Shown: positions 31,492-40,553 of the stretch, in pieces
Position numbering within the stretch: the stretch's first letter is position 1
How the letters are laid out: every line of letters starts with the position of its first letter
Origin: a virus
DNA length: 48,035 bases
Virus record (IMG/VR): IMGVR_UViG_3300045988_174984
Location: 1 to 48,035 of that record
Reading direction: 5' to 3' (one strand)
Made by a program: the position numbers and the translations under genes
The notes under the pieces: generated by a model
Seen by the model: only the letters and a program-made list of their open reading frames with translations
Databases searched by the model: none
What the model was told of the DNA's origin: nothing

Positions 31492-34191
31492 TTACTTGTC
31501 GTCTCCGATAACCACTTCTGCCGAGTGGCAGATCAGCGTGAAGGGGAGCGGCTCCGCCTGCCGAATAACAAAAGAGCCGTCCGCGCTCCACGTCCCCGTT
31601 GGCACAAGATCCGTCTCACCGGACATGAGCTCCGGCGGCTTCCCGTACGACTCCATTGAGCGGGCCTTCACGGGTTTCATGTGCCCGGTGTCCGGCCCTG
31701 CATCGACGCCCGATGTTTTGCTGAGCCGAAGCGATACGCGCGAAACGTTCTTCACTCGGCCTCGAGCGTAGGAGCCATCCTGCGACGGGAGTGCCACGGG
31801 GAGCGTCTTCAGCTCCGTCACATAAGGGAGCCCGACCCAAACGTCCGCGCACTCCTGCGGAAGCGTCACTTTTCCGTCCTTCACCGTCAGACCGGAAAAC
31901 ACAATGCCGTCTCCTACCGCCGTTACCATCCGGCCTTCAAGCCACGAAAGCCCGGAGACGTCCATCGATTTGGCTGCGCTTGTAAGGCGCCCGGCGCAGT
32001 CGAGGAAGCACGTCGCGCCGCGGTAATCGTCCGTGCGAACCATCTGGCGCTCGACAAAACGCCTTGTCTGACCATTGACCGTCCGGCGAACGACGGCGTA
32101 GAGATAGTCGTTCAAACCCTCCTGCACGACTGCGGCCGACTCAAACGCACCGTCCGTCTTGTACTCGAACCAAGCGGCGATCTTCTGCTCCGGCACATAC
32201 GAAAGGCCAAGCAAAACACCGTCCTGCCGCACGCACCAAAGCACCGGATCCGGCGACTTCGTGAGCGCCATATCCACCACCACGTTGTCTTCCGTAAAGA
32301 GATGCGGCGCACGGATCGATATGTCGCCGGTGATGTAGCCGCCAGCGGTGTAGTCGTACGAGAGCTCGCGCACATGTCCGCCTCGCGCGGCGGCATAAAG
32401 CAGATTTGTGTTGATGATCTGCGGCTGTACTGTCGAAGCACCGATGTACGACTGCGGGCGCACTGAGATCGAGGACGGTGTGATCGCGTCGGAATTCAAA
32501 GGCGAGACACGCCACTCAGCGGCTGAGGTCAATGCAATCAGCTGCTGCAGTGCGACGATGTGCTGAATCTGGTTCAAGTCACGCGCTGCCACGGCGAAGC
32601 TGATTCGGTCCGTATCCTGCAGAGGCAGGTGGTACGTCATATTCGACTCGGTGCCTGTGGCCGTCATCCAAATCTGCTGAGGGCGCAGATTTGATCCGGC
32701 GAAAATGCGTCGCTGCTCGAAGTAGCCGACCGCGGCGGGGTAGTCGCCCGCATTGCCAATCGTCAGCCTGAACTCAGCACCGGTGCCGTTAATTGTCGTA
32801 ATTCTCACCTTGGGGTTGGTGTAGTTGCGCCCCGGCGAAATGACGTAAACGTCGGTGAACACCCCGTTCGTGATAACAAATCCCAGACGGGCACCGTAAC
32901 CCGACCCCCCGTCGTCATAGACTTCGAGCTCGACCGGGACTTCTTCCGCAAGACATTCAAGATACCCGACGGTGCAGATATAGTCTTTCGTCCCTGTACG
33001 AAATTCAAATTTCAAGACAGGACGCTTGTACCCATAACCGCCGTCATTGGTCAGCCGCCCGCCGTTAATCTGCGTACCAAACCGGCCCCATTGCTGGGTG
33101 TCGAACTCACCCGCAGCCCCCGTGCCGCCTCCTTCGAGGTCTTGAATGCCAAGGTTATGAAATGTGCCAGTACGCCATGTGGCGCCAGAATTGAAGCCCG
33201 ATTCCACGCCCCCGGCAACCCACGGAAGCGTCATAAGTCCCGCATAGCCCTCCTGCGTATTCCAATCGCCGTTGCCCCACCAACCGTAATCAAGAACCTT
33301 TACAACCCGCTTACCGTTGTCATACCCCGAACCGCCGTTAACGATCGAAGCGCCGGAAATACCGCCGGAGACTTGAAAGACATCATCTGTATATGGTGGT
33401 GTTGTGCCAGTCTCGGGGGCAATATTGTCATCAATGATGCTGTTCTCAACCGTCTCACCGATATAGCCGAAGAGCCCGCCCTGATATTTATAAATGCGGT
33501 AATACCGGGCACCCGTTACCAAATTCCAACTGACCTTCACGGTGGTGCCAGTCGCATACAGATTAGCCACGACGCTTACTTCCGCCGACGCGATGGACTC
33601 CTCAGTACGGTCTTCACTCAATGCAGTAACAACATATCGCTGGGTGTACTTCTCAGAATTCGAATCGCTCGCCGCACTGCTAAGCCGTACCGCGGTCACA
33701 CCAGAGGGCGGCAGCAGCGAAGTAAGCAAACTCACCCGCACCATGCGCCAGTCGTTCATCGAATATCGGCGAAGCTCCTGCGGCGGATACGCCGGGTGCA
33801 CAAGTGTCATGATGTCCGCGTTCTGCGTGTAGTGAATCTGAAAGAGGTCACTCGCGCGCCACGGTGTGGCGATCTCGTACGGAGCCGAACCATCCGCCCG
33901 CATCAGCGTCTGCCCTTTCAGATGGAAGCGCGCGTAATACTCACCGAGCTCGACAATGATCTGCTGATCCGCCGAATAAGCAAACGGGATCAGCCGCACG
34001 GCTTTGGACGAATCCTTCACCGCATTCACGTACATGAACCCCGCGCGGTTGCGCACCGGTCCTTGCGGCGTCGGATAGGCGTTCTGGCAAAGCGCCAGTC
34101 CGGCCGAGTACTTCGAGTCGTCCACGCGGCCGGTAAGCAGCTCGCCCAGTTCGCCCGCGTTGTACGAAAGTTGTGTCACTCTGGTCGCCAT
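31492..34191 (-). CDS. Tail tubular protein B-like (nozzle)
   Basis: 899 aa. The N-terminus MATRVTQLSYNAGELGELLTGRVDDSKY is typical of podovirus nozzle proteins. It lies downstream of the adaptor-like gene. Confidence 0.6.
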   Translation of the reverse strand: MATRVTQLSYNAGELGELLTGRVDDSKYSAGLALCQNAYPTPQGPVRNRAGFMYVNAVKDSSKAVRLIPFAYSADQQIIVELGEYYARFHLKGQTLMRADGSAPYEIATPWRASDLFQIHYTQNADIMTLVHPAYPPQELRRYSMNDWRMVRVSLLTSLLPPSGVTAVRLSSAASDSNSEKYTQRYVVTALSEDRTEESIASAEVSVVANLYATGTTVKVSWNLVTGARYYRIYKYQGGLFGYIGETVENSIIDDNIAPETGTTPPYTDDVFQVSGGISGASIVNGGSGYDNGKRVVKVLDYGWWGNGDWNTQEGYAGLMTLPWVAGGVESGFNSGATWRTGTFHNLGIQDLEGGGTGAAGEFDTQQWGRFGTQINGGRLTNDGGYGYKRPVLKFEFRTGTKDYICTVGYLECLAEEVPVELEVYDDGGSGYGARLGFVITNGVFTDVYVISPGRNYTNPKVRITTINGTGAEFRLTIGNAGDYPAAVGYFEQRRIFAGSNLRPQQIWMTATGTESNMTYHLPLQDTDRISFAVAARDLNQIQHIVALQQLIALTSAAEWRVSPLNSDAITPSSISVRPQSYIGASTVQPQIINTNLLYAAARGGHVRELSYDYTAGGYITGDISIRAPHLFTEDNVVVDMALTKSPDPVLWCVRQDGVLLGLSYVPEQKIAAWFEYKTDGAFESAAVVQEGLNDYLYAVVRRTVNGQTRRFVERQMVRTDDYRGATCFLDCAGRLTSAAKSMDVSGLSWLEGRMVTAVGDGIVFSGLTVKDGKVTLPQECADVWVGLPYVTELKTLPVALPSQDGSYARGRVKNVSRVSLRLSKTSGVDAGPDTGHMKPVKARSMESYGKPPELMSGETDLVPTGTWSADGSFVIRQAEPLPFTLICHSAEVVIGDDK

Positions 34192-34203
34192 CTCACTGCT
34201 CCC

Positions 34204-34863
34204 TTACTTCCGCATTGCCAGCCACTGCTCATTGCTCATCAGCCCGCCCTCTCGATAGGGATCCCAAGAACCACGCTCAATAAAATCAACGGGCTCATAC
34301 TTAATCGTCCGGCGCTGACGTACGTCAGCCTGAATCGCCTGCCGCTCGAAGTACTGCGCCTGCTGCAGAAGCTTGGTAGCTACCGTCATCCCGGTCTCGC
34401 CCTTAATGATCGGACCGGCGAGAGACGCCGCAAGGTGCCATGCGAGAGCATCGACAAAGCCCGGCGAATAAAGGTCCGAATTCTCGGTGTACTGAATGAA
34501 CTTCAGCACGGCGTTCTCGATGTTCGTGAGCACAACGCGATACGCGCCCTGCATCTCGAACACCCACGGCTCCTGCTCAATCACCTCTCCGCGAGTCTCG
34601 GCATAGACTGAAAGCATCCGCAGGCAGGCCGCCGGCACCTGATACCCAAACTGCCAGCCGATAGGCTTCTCTGCCAAAAGCTGCCCCCGCACACGCGTAG
34701 TCGCAAAATTCCATGCATGGCGTTCAAGAAGAGCGTCACGCACAATGGGGTACGTCTGCTTAGCCACTTCGGCATAGGTCGAGTTTTCGTTCACGTCCAC
34801 AAGCAGCGCCATTTCACCCAGTCGGCGAACCGCTAGATTGCAGATATCGGTTTCAGTCGCCAT
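34204..34863 (-). CDS. Tail tubular protein A-like (adaptor)
   Basis: 219 aa. The ICNLAVRRLGE...AWNFAT pattern is common in podovirus gp11-like adaptors. Confidence 0.6.
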   Translation of the reverse strand: MATETDICNLAVRRLGEMALLVDVNENSTYAEVAKQTYPIVRDALLERHAWNFATTRVRGQLLAEKPIGWQFGYQVPAACLRMLSVYAETRGEVIEQEPWVFEMQGAYRVVLTNIENAVLKFIQYTENSDLYSPGFVDALAWHLAASLAGPIIKGETGMTVATKLLQQAQYFERQAIQADVRQRRTIKYEPVDFIERGSWDPYREGGLMSNEQWLAMRK

Positions 34864-34875
34864 GGAAAAACTCCA

Positions 34876-34912
34876 AAGAAAAAAGGGGCGGGGCCATTCA
34901 GACGCCCGCCCC
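34876..34912 (-). terminator. Strong rho-independent terminator after the capsid genes
   Basis: On the - strand: GGGGCGGG, a 12-nt loop, CCCGCCCC, then TTTTTTCTTT. Confidence 0.8.
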
Positions 34913-34938
34913 TTCAGGCTCTCGCGGCTAGACGAGGG

Positions 34939-35550
34939 TTAAGCCGTGGATCTGCCCGTGCCGCCGTTCGCTACCGGCAGTACACCGGTAACCTGAGAGG
35001 TCAGATTGACCTTCACCCCGGAAGCGAGCGCCTTGGCTGAGTCGGCGGACGCAGCCGTATTCGCTGAATCCGCACGAGTTGCCGATGCCACCGTGCCCTT
35101 CGCACGTGTAGCAAGGTCAATCTTGGAGGCGTCGGGATCTGGCTGATAGAACTCAACCTCATCGCGCCAGTAACCGGCCGGATCGGAGAAGTTGTCGGCG
35201 ACAGCAAGCGTGCCGGCAAGCGTACTCACCGTACCCGTAACCGCCGTCTTAACACGGACATACCGACGGTGATGGAGCGGGAACGGGAACGCAACATCGC
35301 GCACAATCTTCTCAGCAACGATCGGGCCGTACGCCGCAACCGACGTAAAAGCCTTGCCGTCTTCGGAGTCTTCAAGCGTGAACGTCACGGAGCCCGTGCC
35401 GGCTGACACGTCAGACGGAACGAAGACAAACCACAGTGCGCGTTCGAGAAGGCCGATATTGGGCGTCTTCTGCCCAAGATCTACAGCCTTCGTCGTAACA
35501 GCAGCTTTGAAGTCCTGCTTCTCTGCGAGTACCAATTCATAGTCAATCAT
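34939..35550 (-). CDS. Capsid decoration / head-fibre-like protein (tentative)
   Basis: 203 aa immediately after the major capsid gene. The N-terminal part looks beta-rich. The C-terminus has the LPVANGGTG motif seen in fibre-type proteins. Confidence 0.5.
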   Translation of the reverse strand: MIDYELVLAEKQDFKAAVTTKAVDLGQKTPNIGLLERALWFVFVPSDVSAGTGSVTFTLEDSEDGKAFTSVAAYGPIVAEKIVRDVAFPFPLHHRRYVRVKTAVTGTVSTLAGTLAVADNFSDPAGYWRDEVEFYQPDPDASKIDLATRAKGTVASATRADSANTAASADSAKALASGVKVNLTSQVTGVLPVANGGTGRSTA

Positions 35551-35560
35551 GGTTCCCTCC

Positions 35561-36532
35561 TTATGCGAGCTTCTTGGTGTAAGTCGGAAGGACCGTCAGC
35601 GGCACCTTGTGGACAGCGATGCCGTCCCAGTTGAGCACCTTCTTGCCAGCAACGGTATCGAATGTCAGGTTGACATTCGGCTTGGCCGTAATCTGAAGAC
35701 GCAGGGCTGAGCGGAGCTTCTGATTCATATAGATGCCGCAGCCCGGAAGCACATCGCCCGGCAAACCTTCCGTCGCAAGCGTAAGCGCCGTGATGAGGTC
35801 GTAGTCACCGGAAAGCGCCTTGTTGACCGGCACGTTCGCAATACGAACAACCTGCGCAGGATCGGGCACTGCAAGGCCCATGTACCACTTGTACCAAGTA
35901 CGGTCGACCTTGAAGAGACGATTCTTCGGATCGCGGGCGTCCACATTCTGTTCAAAGTTCTGATGCAAACCTGCCACGCCGCCTTCCGGATAGATCAGGT
36001 GCACAGTGTTCGTGCCCCAGTTCACAAGCCAGAGGTCGGCATACACGGTATCTTCGACGGCCGCATCGATCACGTGCTCGCCGTCAATCTTGCTGTAACG
36101 AGTCCCGAGCCCGTCAAATTCAAACGGGTCACGCTTCTTCGACGCGTTGAAAATGCGCTCGGCCGTGGAGTGCGCAAGACCGCGGACGAACGCCTTGTCC
36201 TGATTGGCACGCCAACGCGCAGAGTCCCCGTTCTGGCGAACGATCTCTACATCGATTTCGTTGTACGTTTCGATCATGCAGGTGTCATCCTGCACAACCT
36301 TAGAGGCGGCCTTCTCAGCGGTCACGCCCATGTTGTAGCCGCGGGTCTGGCCAACCGGGTACTGCGTGATGACCTGAGTTTTGTTGACTTGGCCGCTGTT
36401 GCACTTGATGATCGGCGCCGAAGCAAAAAGCGGCTCCGTGTCTTCAATCGTGTGCACGACCTCCAGCTGAACGCCTTTCAGGCCTGCGACCTGGGCGTAC
36501 TCAGCAAGCGTGTAGCGATTGCCAGTAGACAT
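35561..36532 (-). CDS. Major capsid protein
   Basis: 323 aa, positioned between the scaffold and decoration genes. Abundant-protein codon usage and a strong terminator downstream. Confidence 0.75.
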   Translation of the reverse strand: MSTGNRYTLAEYAQVAGLKGVQLEVVHTIEDTEPLFASAPIIKCNSGQVNKTQVITQYPVGQTRGYNMGVTAEKAASKVVQDDTCMIETYNEIDVEIVRQNGDSARWRANQDKAFVRGLAHSTAERIFNASKKRDPFEFDGLGTRYSKIDGEHVIDAAVEDTVYADLWLVNWGTNTVHLIYPEGGVAGLHQNFEQNVDARDPKNRLFKVDRTWYKWYMGLAVPDPAQVVRIANVPVNKALSGDYDLITALTLATEGLPGDVLPGCGIYMNQKLRSALRLQITAKPNVNLTFDTVAGKKVLNWDGIAVHKVPLTVLPTYTKKLA

Positions 36533-36544
36533 TCACTTATCTCC

Positions 36545-37255
36545 TTAAGGACGCATGCCCTTGTAAAAATCGTCAGAGCCGCTCCGATCGTCTGACGAAC
36601 CCGCCGAGGTGATGAATTTCCCCTCGGAACGTTCTTTGTTAAGGCGGTAGAAAAACCGCAAAACCTCCGGATGCGAGTTGAGCCCCGTCTTCATGAGCAC
36701 TTCTCGAAGACCCTCCGTCGTCGTATCCATGTAGGTGCGGTTAATGCTTTTCAGATTGGCCTTAAAAGCCGGGCCGCCAAACTCCGGATCCCCCTCAGAC
36801 TGGGCCGCCCATTCCTTGCGCATCTGTGCGTAGTGCTGCGTCATCGCAGGCGCCATTGCTGACACAACCTTCTGGGCGGAGGCCTGCGAGAGGTTCAGCT
36901 CTTTGGCCACTTTGCCGAAGGCGTCGAGCATGTCGCCGGACAGCTGCACCGGGCTCTTTTCGTCGGCCTCAAACTTATAGCCGTCTTCCGGTGCGCCAAG
37001 GATGCCGCCATTCGGATCTTCGTCCGCCGGATCCTGCCCCAGAAGGCCGGGGCCACCCAGCCCCTGAGAAGCGTCGTCTGAGCCCTTATCAATTCCCAGA
37101 GCACGTGAATCCTTGAACTCAGACGACGAATTGGTGCCGCCCGTGGAGGGAGAACCCGTCGGGATGCCCGCTGCGGGTTCGGTCGTCGCAGACACAGGAG
37201 CCGCAGCCTGCTGGCCCGCTCCTTCACTCGTGGCGGCGTTAAGTTCATCAGCCAT
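36545..37255 (-). CDS. Scaffolding protein
   Basis: 236 aa with a low-complexity, acidic N-terminal half. Located between the portal-side genes and the capsid gene. Confidence 0.6.
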   Translation of the reverse strand: MADELNAATSEGAGQQAAAPVSATTEPAAGIPTGSPSTGGTNSSSEFKDSRALGIDKGSDDASQGLGGPGLLGQDPADEDPNGGILGAPEDGYKFEADEKSPVQLSGDMLDAFGKVAKELNLSQASAQKVVSAMAPAMTQHYAQMRKEWAAQSEGDPEFGGPAFKANLKSINRTYMDTTTEGLREVLMKTGLNSHPEVLRFFYRLNKERSEGKFITSAGSSDDRSGSDDFYKGMRP

Positions 37256-37259
37256 CGCG

Positions 37260-37574
37260 TTATTCCTTTCCTAAATCACGAACGACGGCGTCGCAGAGGT
37301 TGGAGTCTGCGTCACCCATCGTAGCCAGCAATTGAAGGCCCACATTGCGAGAGCCTTCGCGAAACGCCGTAACGAGCGCGTCGCCCGGCGTATAGGAGAG
37401 CTGATAGAGCCGCGTCATCTCAAGAATGCAGCGCAGAACACGCATCCCCTCCGCCGTCTCCATCACGCGCACGAAGTCCAAGCGGCGCTCTGCTTCACGC
37501 TGCTCACGGAGCTTCTGCGCCTCCTCGCGCTTGAGCTGTTCGTGCTCAAGATCATCAATGCGGTCATTCGTCAT
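37260..37574 (-). CDS. Hypothetical protein (charged helical N-terminus)
   Basis: 104-aa ORF upstream of the scaffold gene. Confidence 0.55.
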   Translation of the reverse strand: MTNDRIDDLEHEQLKREEAQKLREQREAERRLDFVRVMETAEGMRVLRCILEMTRLYQLSYTPGDALVTAFREGSRNVGLQLLATMGDADSNLCDAVVRDLGKE

Positions 37575-37595
37575 ATAGCGTTGATTCTACCGTAA

Positions 37596-37644
37596 AACAC
37601 CATATGCCGTGTTGTATGCTGATACGAACACTACATATGGTGTT
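37596..37644. repeat. 11-bp inverted repeat AACACCATATG / CATATGGTGTT with a 27-nt spacer in the portal-scaffold intergenic gap
   Basis: The arms 37596..37606 and 37634..37644 are exact reverse complements. Confidence 0.8.
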
Positions 37645-37693
37645 GGTAGGGCGCGAGACGTGACGGCCGGAGCACCCCGCTCACGCCTCGCTT

Positions 37694-39373
37694 TTAGTAG
37701 CCCTGTAAGCTCTGAATCGACCCGACATTCGAAATGCCGGGATTTGTCGCCTGTATGTTCTTGACGACTTCGCTCATCTGCACGGCCTGCGCCATCTGAG
37801 CCTGCTGCGCCTGCTGCTCCTGGCGAGCCGCACGCATCTTCTGCACGTCCTCGGGGGCACGCAGGATATCTGGGTCAACGCCCTGAGCAATGGCCCGCTT
37901 CTGCATGAGCTTGTCCAGATCGACGTTGTCCACGATCGTCTGATCGAAATTGGCGATTGAGAACGCGGTAGAAAGGTAGCGGTCTTCGGCCGTGATGCCC
38001 GCCGAACGAAGCGCCTGCACAAGAATGGATTCGAACGTCACTGTAACGCCCTGCATGCCCGAGGGCATGGGGCTAAGTACTTTGGCCTTCTCAAGCGCGT
38101 AAAGCCCCATACGAATGAGCGGACGCAAAAGCTCCCCGTTCAAGCGCTGAAGCACTGGGCCCAGAAGTGCCATGCGCTCCTGCGCAACCTGATCGACCTC
38201 ATAAGCCGTTCGGTTGGTGCGGGGTGTTGACATAATCGCCGTGAACAGATCTTTATAGAAATACTCGTTGATCTTCTGACGGGAATCCTGAATGTCGGCG
38301 AGAAGATGCTGAAGATTGATGTTCACCTGCTTAGCGGGATACGCCTGCTGAGGCGTGCCGCCGTCGGGGTAAAACGAAATGCCGCCGGGCGTGAAATCGA
38401 GCTGATGATTCTCCATCGAGGCGGGATAGATCATCGCCGGATTTGTAAGCTCATCGATGCCCTGACGCTTGCGCTTTGTCTCAACCTGCAGGCCTTTCAC
38501 CTCACGGAGCGCCTTCATGCCGGGCGACGTTCCGTAGACCGAACCGCCGTGAATCTCCCATCGAGGACACAACCCCGGAAATGTTGAAAAGCCTTCCTCA
38601 AGAAGCGGCGTGCTCGAACCGGAGCTTCGCCCGTCATTCTCGTAGGTCTCTTCAAAGTAGACAGACACCCACGGGAAGTTGCGGTTGTCCTTCTTCTTCG
38701 GATCGTAGCCGTCACGCGGGAAAATGCCGTGAATAACCTGAAAACGCTGATTCCGCTTACGGTCGTCCGTCAGGCATTCCCTCACGCCGGAGGAGACTTT
38801 TTCTCGCCCGAACTGCTCGACCATCTGCTCGGCCGTCATGCTGATCCGGCGGAAAACCGTGTTCACGCGATTCTCGTAATCTTCGGCAATCCAATACTCA
38901 CCCACCGTCATCGGGAAGAGATGGATGATGTCGTCGGACTCAGATGGGAGCGCAATGATGCACGCCGTGCCAAAGACGGCCAGTTCCTCATAGGCCTGAA
39001 TCAGAGCCGGGTAAACGTTGGAGCGCAGAAACACCGTCTGCAAAAGTTCCGTCGTCTGAGAAAGCCACTGGCGATTCTCAAAGCGCTCATCAGCCTCGGG
39101 ATCCCCCGTCGTCAGACGGAACCACGGTCGGGCGGGGGAAGTGATGCCGCCCAGCAAGCCGGCCGCTAAAGCGCCCGCGGCGTCGGTCGCCGAAGCGTCA
39201 TAAACAAACGTCCACGGATCCGCCGCCTTGGCCGACTGTGTGGAAGAAGCCTCAAATCGCCCGGAGTCGGGGAGGATATATCGGGCGAGGTCACGGTATC
39301 GCGCCTCGTATGGGGAGCGCTGATCCTGCAGGTCCCGGAACCGCGCACGGACCTTGTCCATATCCACGGCCAT
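37694..39373 (-). CDS. Portal (head-to-tail connector, T7 gp8-like family)
   Basis: 559 aa. The N-terminus RFRDLQDQRSPYEARYRDLARYILP is typical of the podovirus head-tail connector family. Confidence 0.85.
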   Translation of the reverse strand: MAVDMDKVRARFRDLQDQRSPYEARYRDLARYILPDSGRFEASSTQSAKAADPWTFVYDASATDAAGALAAGLLGGITSPARPWFRLTTGDPEADERFENRQWLSQTTELLQTVFLRSNVYPALIQAYEELAVFGTACIIALPSESDDIIHLFPMTVGEYWIAEDYENRVNTVFRRISMTAEQMVEQFGREKVSSGVRECLTDDRKRNQRFQVIHGIFPRDGYDPKKKDNRNFPWVSVYFEETYENDGRSSGSSTPLLEEGFSTFPGLCPRWEIHGGSVYGTSPGMKALREVKGLQVETKRKRQGIDELTNPAMIYPASMENHQLDFTPGGISFYPDGGTPQQAYPAKQVNINLQHLLADIQDSRQKINEYFYKDLFTAIMSTPRTNRTAYEVDQVAQERMALLGPVLQRLNGELLRPLIRMGLYALEKAKVLSPMPSGMQGVTVTFESILVQALRSAGITAEDRYLSTAFSIANFDQTIVDNVDLDKLMQKRAIAQGVDPDILRAPEDVQKMRAARQEQQAQQAQMAQAVQMSEVVKNIQATNPGISNVGSIQSLQGY

Positions 39374-39376
39374 GTC

Positions 39377-39679
39377 TTATCGCCCCAAAAGGCCGCCTGC
39401 GCCAAGCGTTGCACCTCCGGTGCCGGCTCCGCCGCCCGTAATGTTCGCCGTGCCGAAGCCGCCCGTGTTCTGATTCAGCAAGGCGCCGACATCGGCCGTA
39501 TTGCGGTTCTTGCGGTTAAAGTTCTGCTGATCCTGCAGTTCGGCCTGCCGCATCGCTTCGGCCTGACGCTGGTTGGCCGCCTCGGCACTCCTGGCCTGGC
39601 GGCGCTGCTGATTCATTTGATACCCGGTGCTCGCAACGTTGAGCACTAGAGCACCTACACCCACCCAAGACATAGTCAT
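39377..39679 (-). CDS. Small membrane-anchored Gly/Gln-rich protein
   Basis: 100 aa with an N-terminal TM helix. Confidence 0.5.
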   Translation of the reverse strand: MTMSWVGVGALVLNVASTGYQMNQQRRQARSAEAANQRQAEAMRQAELQDQQNFNRKNRNTADVGALLNQNTGGFGTANITGGGAGTGGATLGAGGLLGR

Positions 39680-40110
39680 TCCTCTTCGAATACGCGAAGA
39701 AGTCGTGACGGATCGGCAACTGCCTCCCTCTCGGCTTCCTCTACAGTCTTCGCGTTGGTCGCGAAGAACGCGGTTATGTATGTGTCTTTGAGTGTCCTAA
39801 ACACCGCTTGGCGGCGTTGTGCTCCGGCTAGAACCTCATATCCCTGAATTCTAACGGCTTTATCGGTATCCGTTAGCAAACAGTCGCCAGAGATGACAAC
39901 GACTGTCGGAACCATTACTTGGTTCGATACGAAAAGAACGCCCGCCGGAACGAAAGCCGTGCGGGCATAACACCCAGCATGAAGTACGTGACTGATGCGA
40001 ATGCCCGCGTCGTCGGGCGCAACCGCGGCCATCTCATCCATCAGCGCCTCCATGCGGGCGTGCTGGGCATCAGTCACTGAAGGCACTATATATGGTTGTA
40101 ACTTACTCAT
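39676..40110 (-). CDS. Hypothetical protein
   Basis: 144-aa ORF overlapping its neighbours by 4 nt on each side. Confidence 0.55.
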   Translation of the reverse strand: MSKLQPYIVPSVTDAQHARMEALMDEMAAVAPDDAGIRISHVLHAGCYARTAFVPAGVLFVSNQVMVPTVVVISGDCLLTDTDKAVRIQGYEVLAGAQRRQAVFRTLKDTYITAFFATNAKTVEEAEREAVADPSRLLRVFEEE

Positions 40111-40553
40111 GCAACCACTATATATATGTTTTGCGCATGACGGGCGGATTTCAGCTTTGCAAGCATCCGGTCAAAGTCACTGCCGGTTTGAGCCGAAAAA
40201 AGCACAACCGTAGCGCCCGCCGCTCTCGCCGCCTTGCGAAGCGCAAGCATCAGCTGGGCTCCCGTCGAAGGTGGCGCAAGTTCGCTCGTATAAAGCGCGT
40301 CCACCATGCAGGTCTTCGCACCGGTGTGCGGAGATACGGCGACAAAAAAGCAGGCCAGGCCTAGCGTACGGTCGCCGTCCGAAGCAACAAGCAGCGTGGC
40401 AGCCCCGGCATCCGTGCACTGCTCGTAGTAGCTTCGCAGCACGCCCGGTCCGGCCATCTCGGGATACGCCATCGCCTGATACTCCATCTCAAATCGCCCC
40501 CAGTCAGGGCGTGCAAAAAGCCGCTGAGCCGTCATTTTCTCAATCGTTACCAT
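40107..40553 (-). CDS. Hypothetical protein, possibly GNAT-like acetyltransferase
   Basis: 148 aa. Only weak resemblance to the GNAT core (G.QLMLALRKAARAAGA). Confidence 0.4.
   Translation of the reverse strand: MVTIEKMTAQRLFARPDWGRFEMEYQAMAYPEMAGPGVLRSYYEQCTDAGAATLLVASDGDRTLGLACFFVAVSPHTGAKTCMVDALYTSELAPPSTGAQLMLALRKAARAAGATVVLFSAQTGSDFDRMLAKLKSARHAQNIYIVVA

Noticed and set aside
33091-34611. 506-aa + strand ORF antisense to the tail tubular genes. Similar long antisense or off-frame ORFs occur at 12307..13005, 26408..27451, 31681..32466 and 44019..44966.
   Set aside because: All are nested in, or antisense to, genes with recognisable motifs. They lack RBS context and have low-complexity R/P/A-rich translations.
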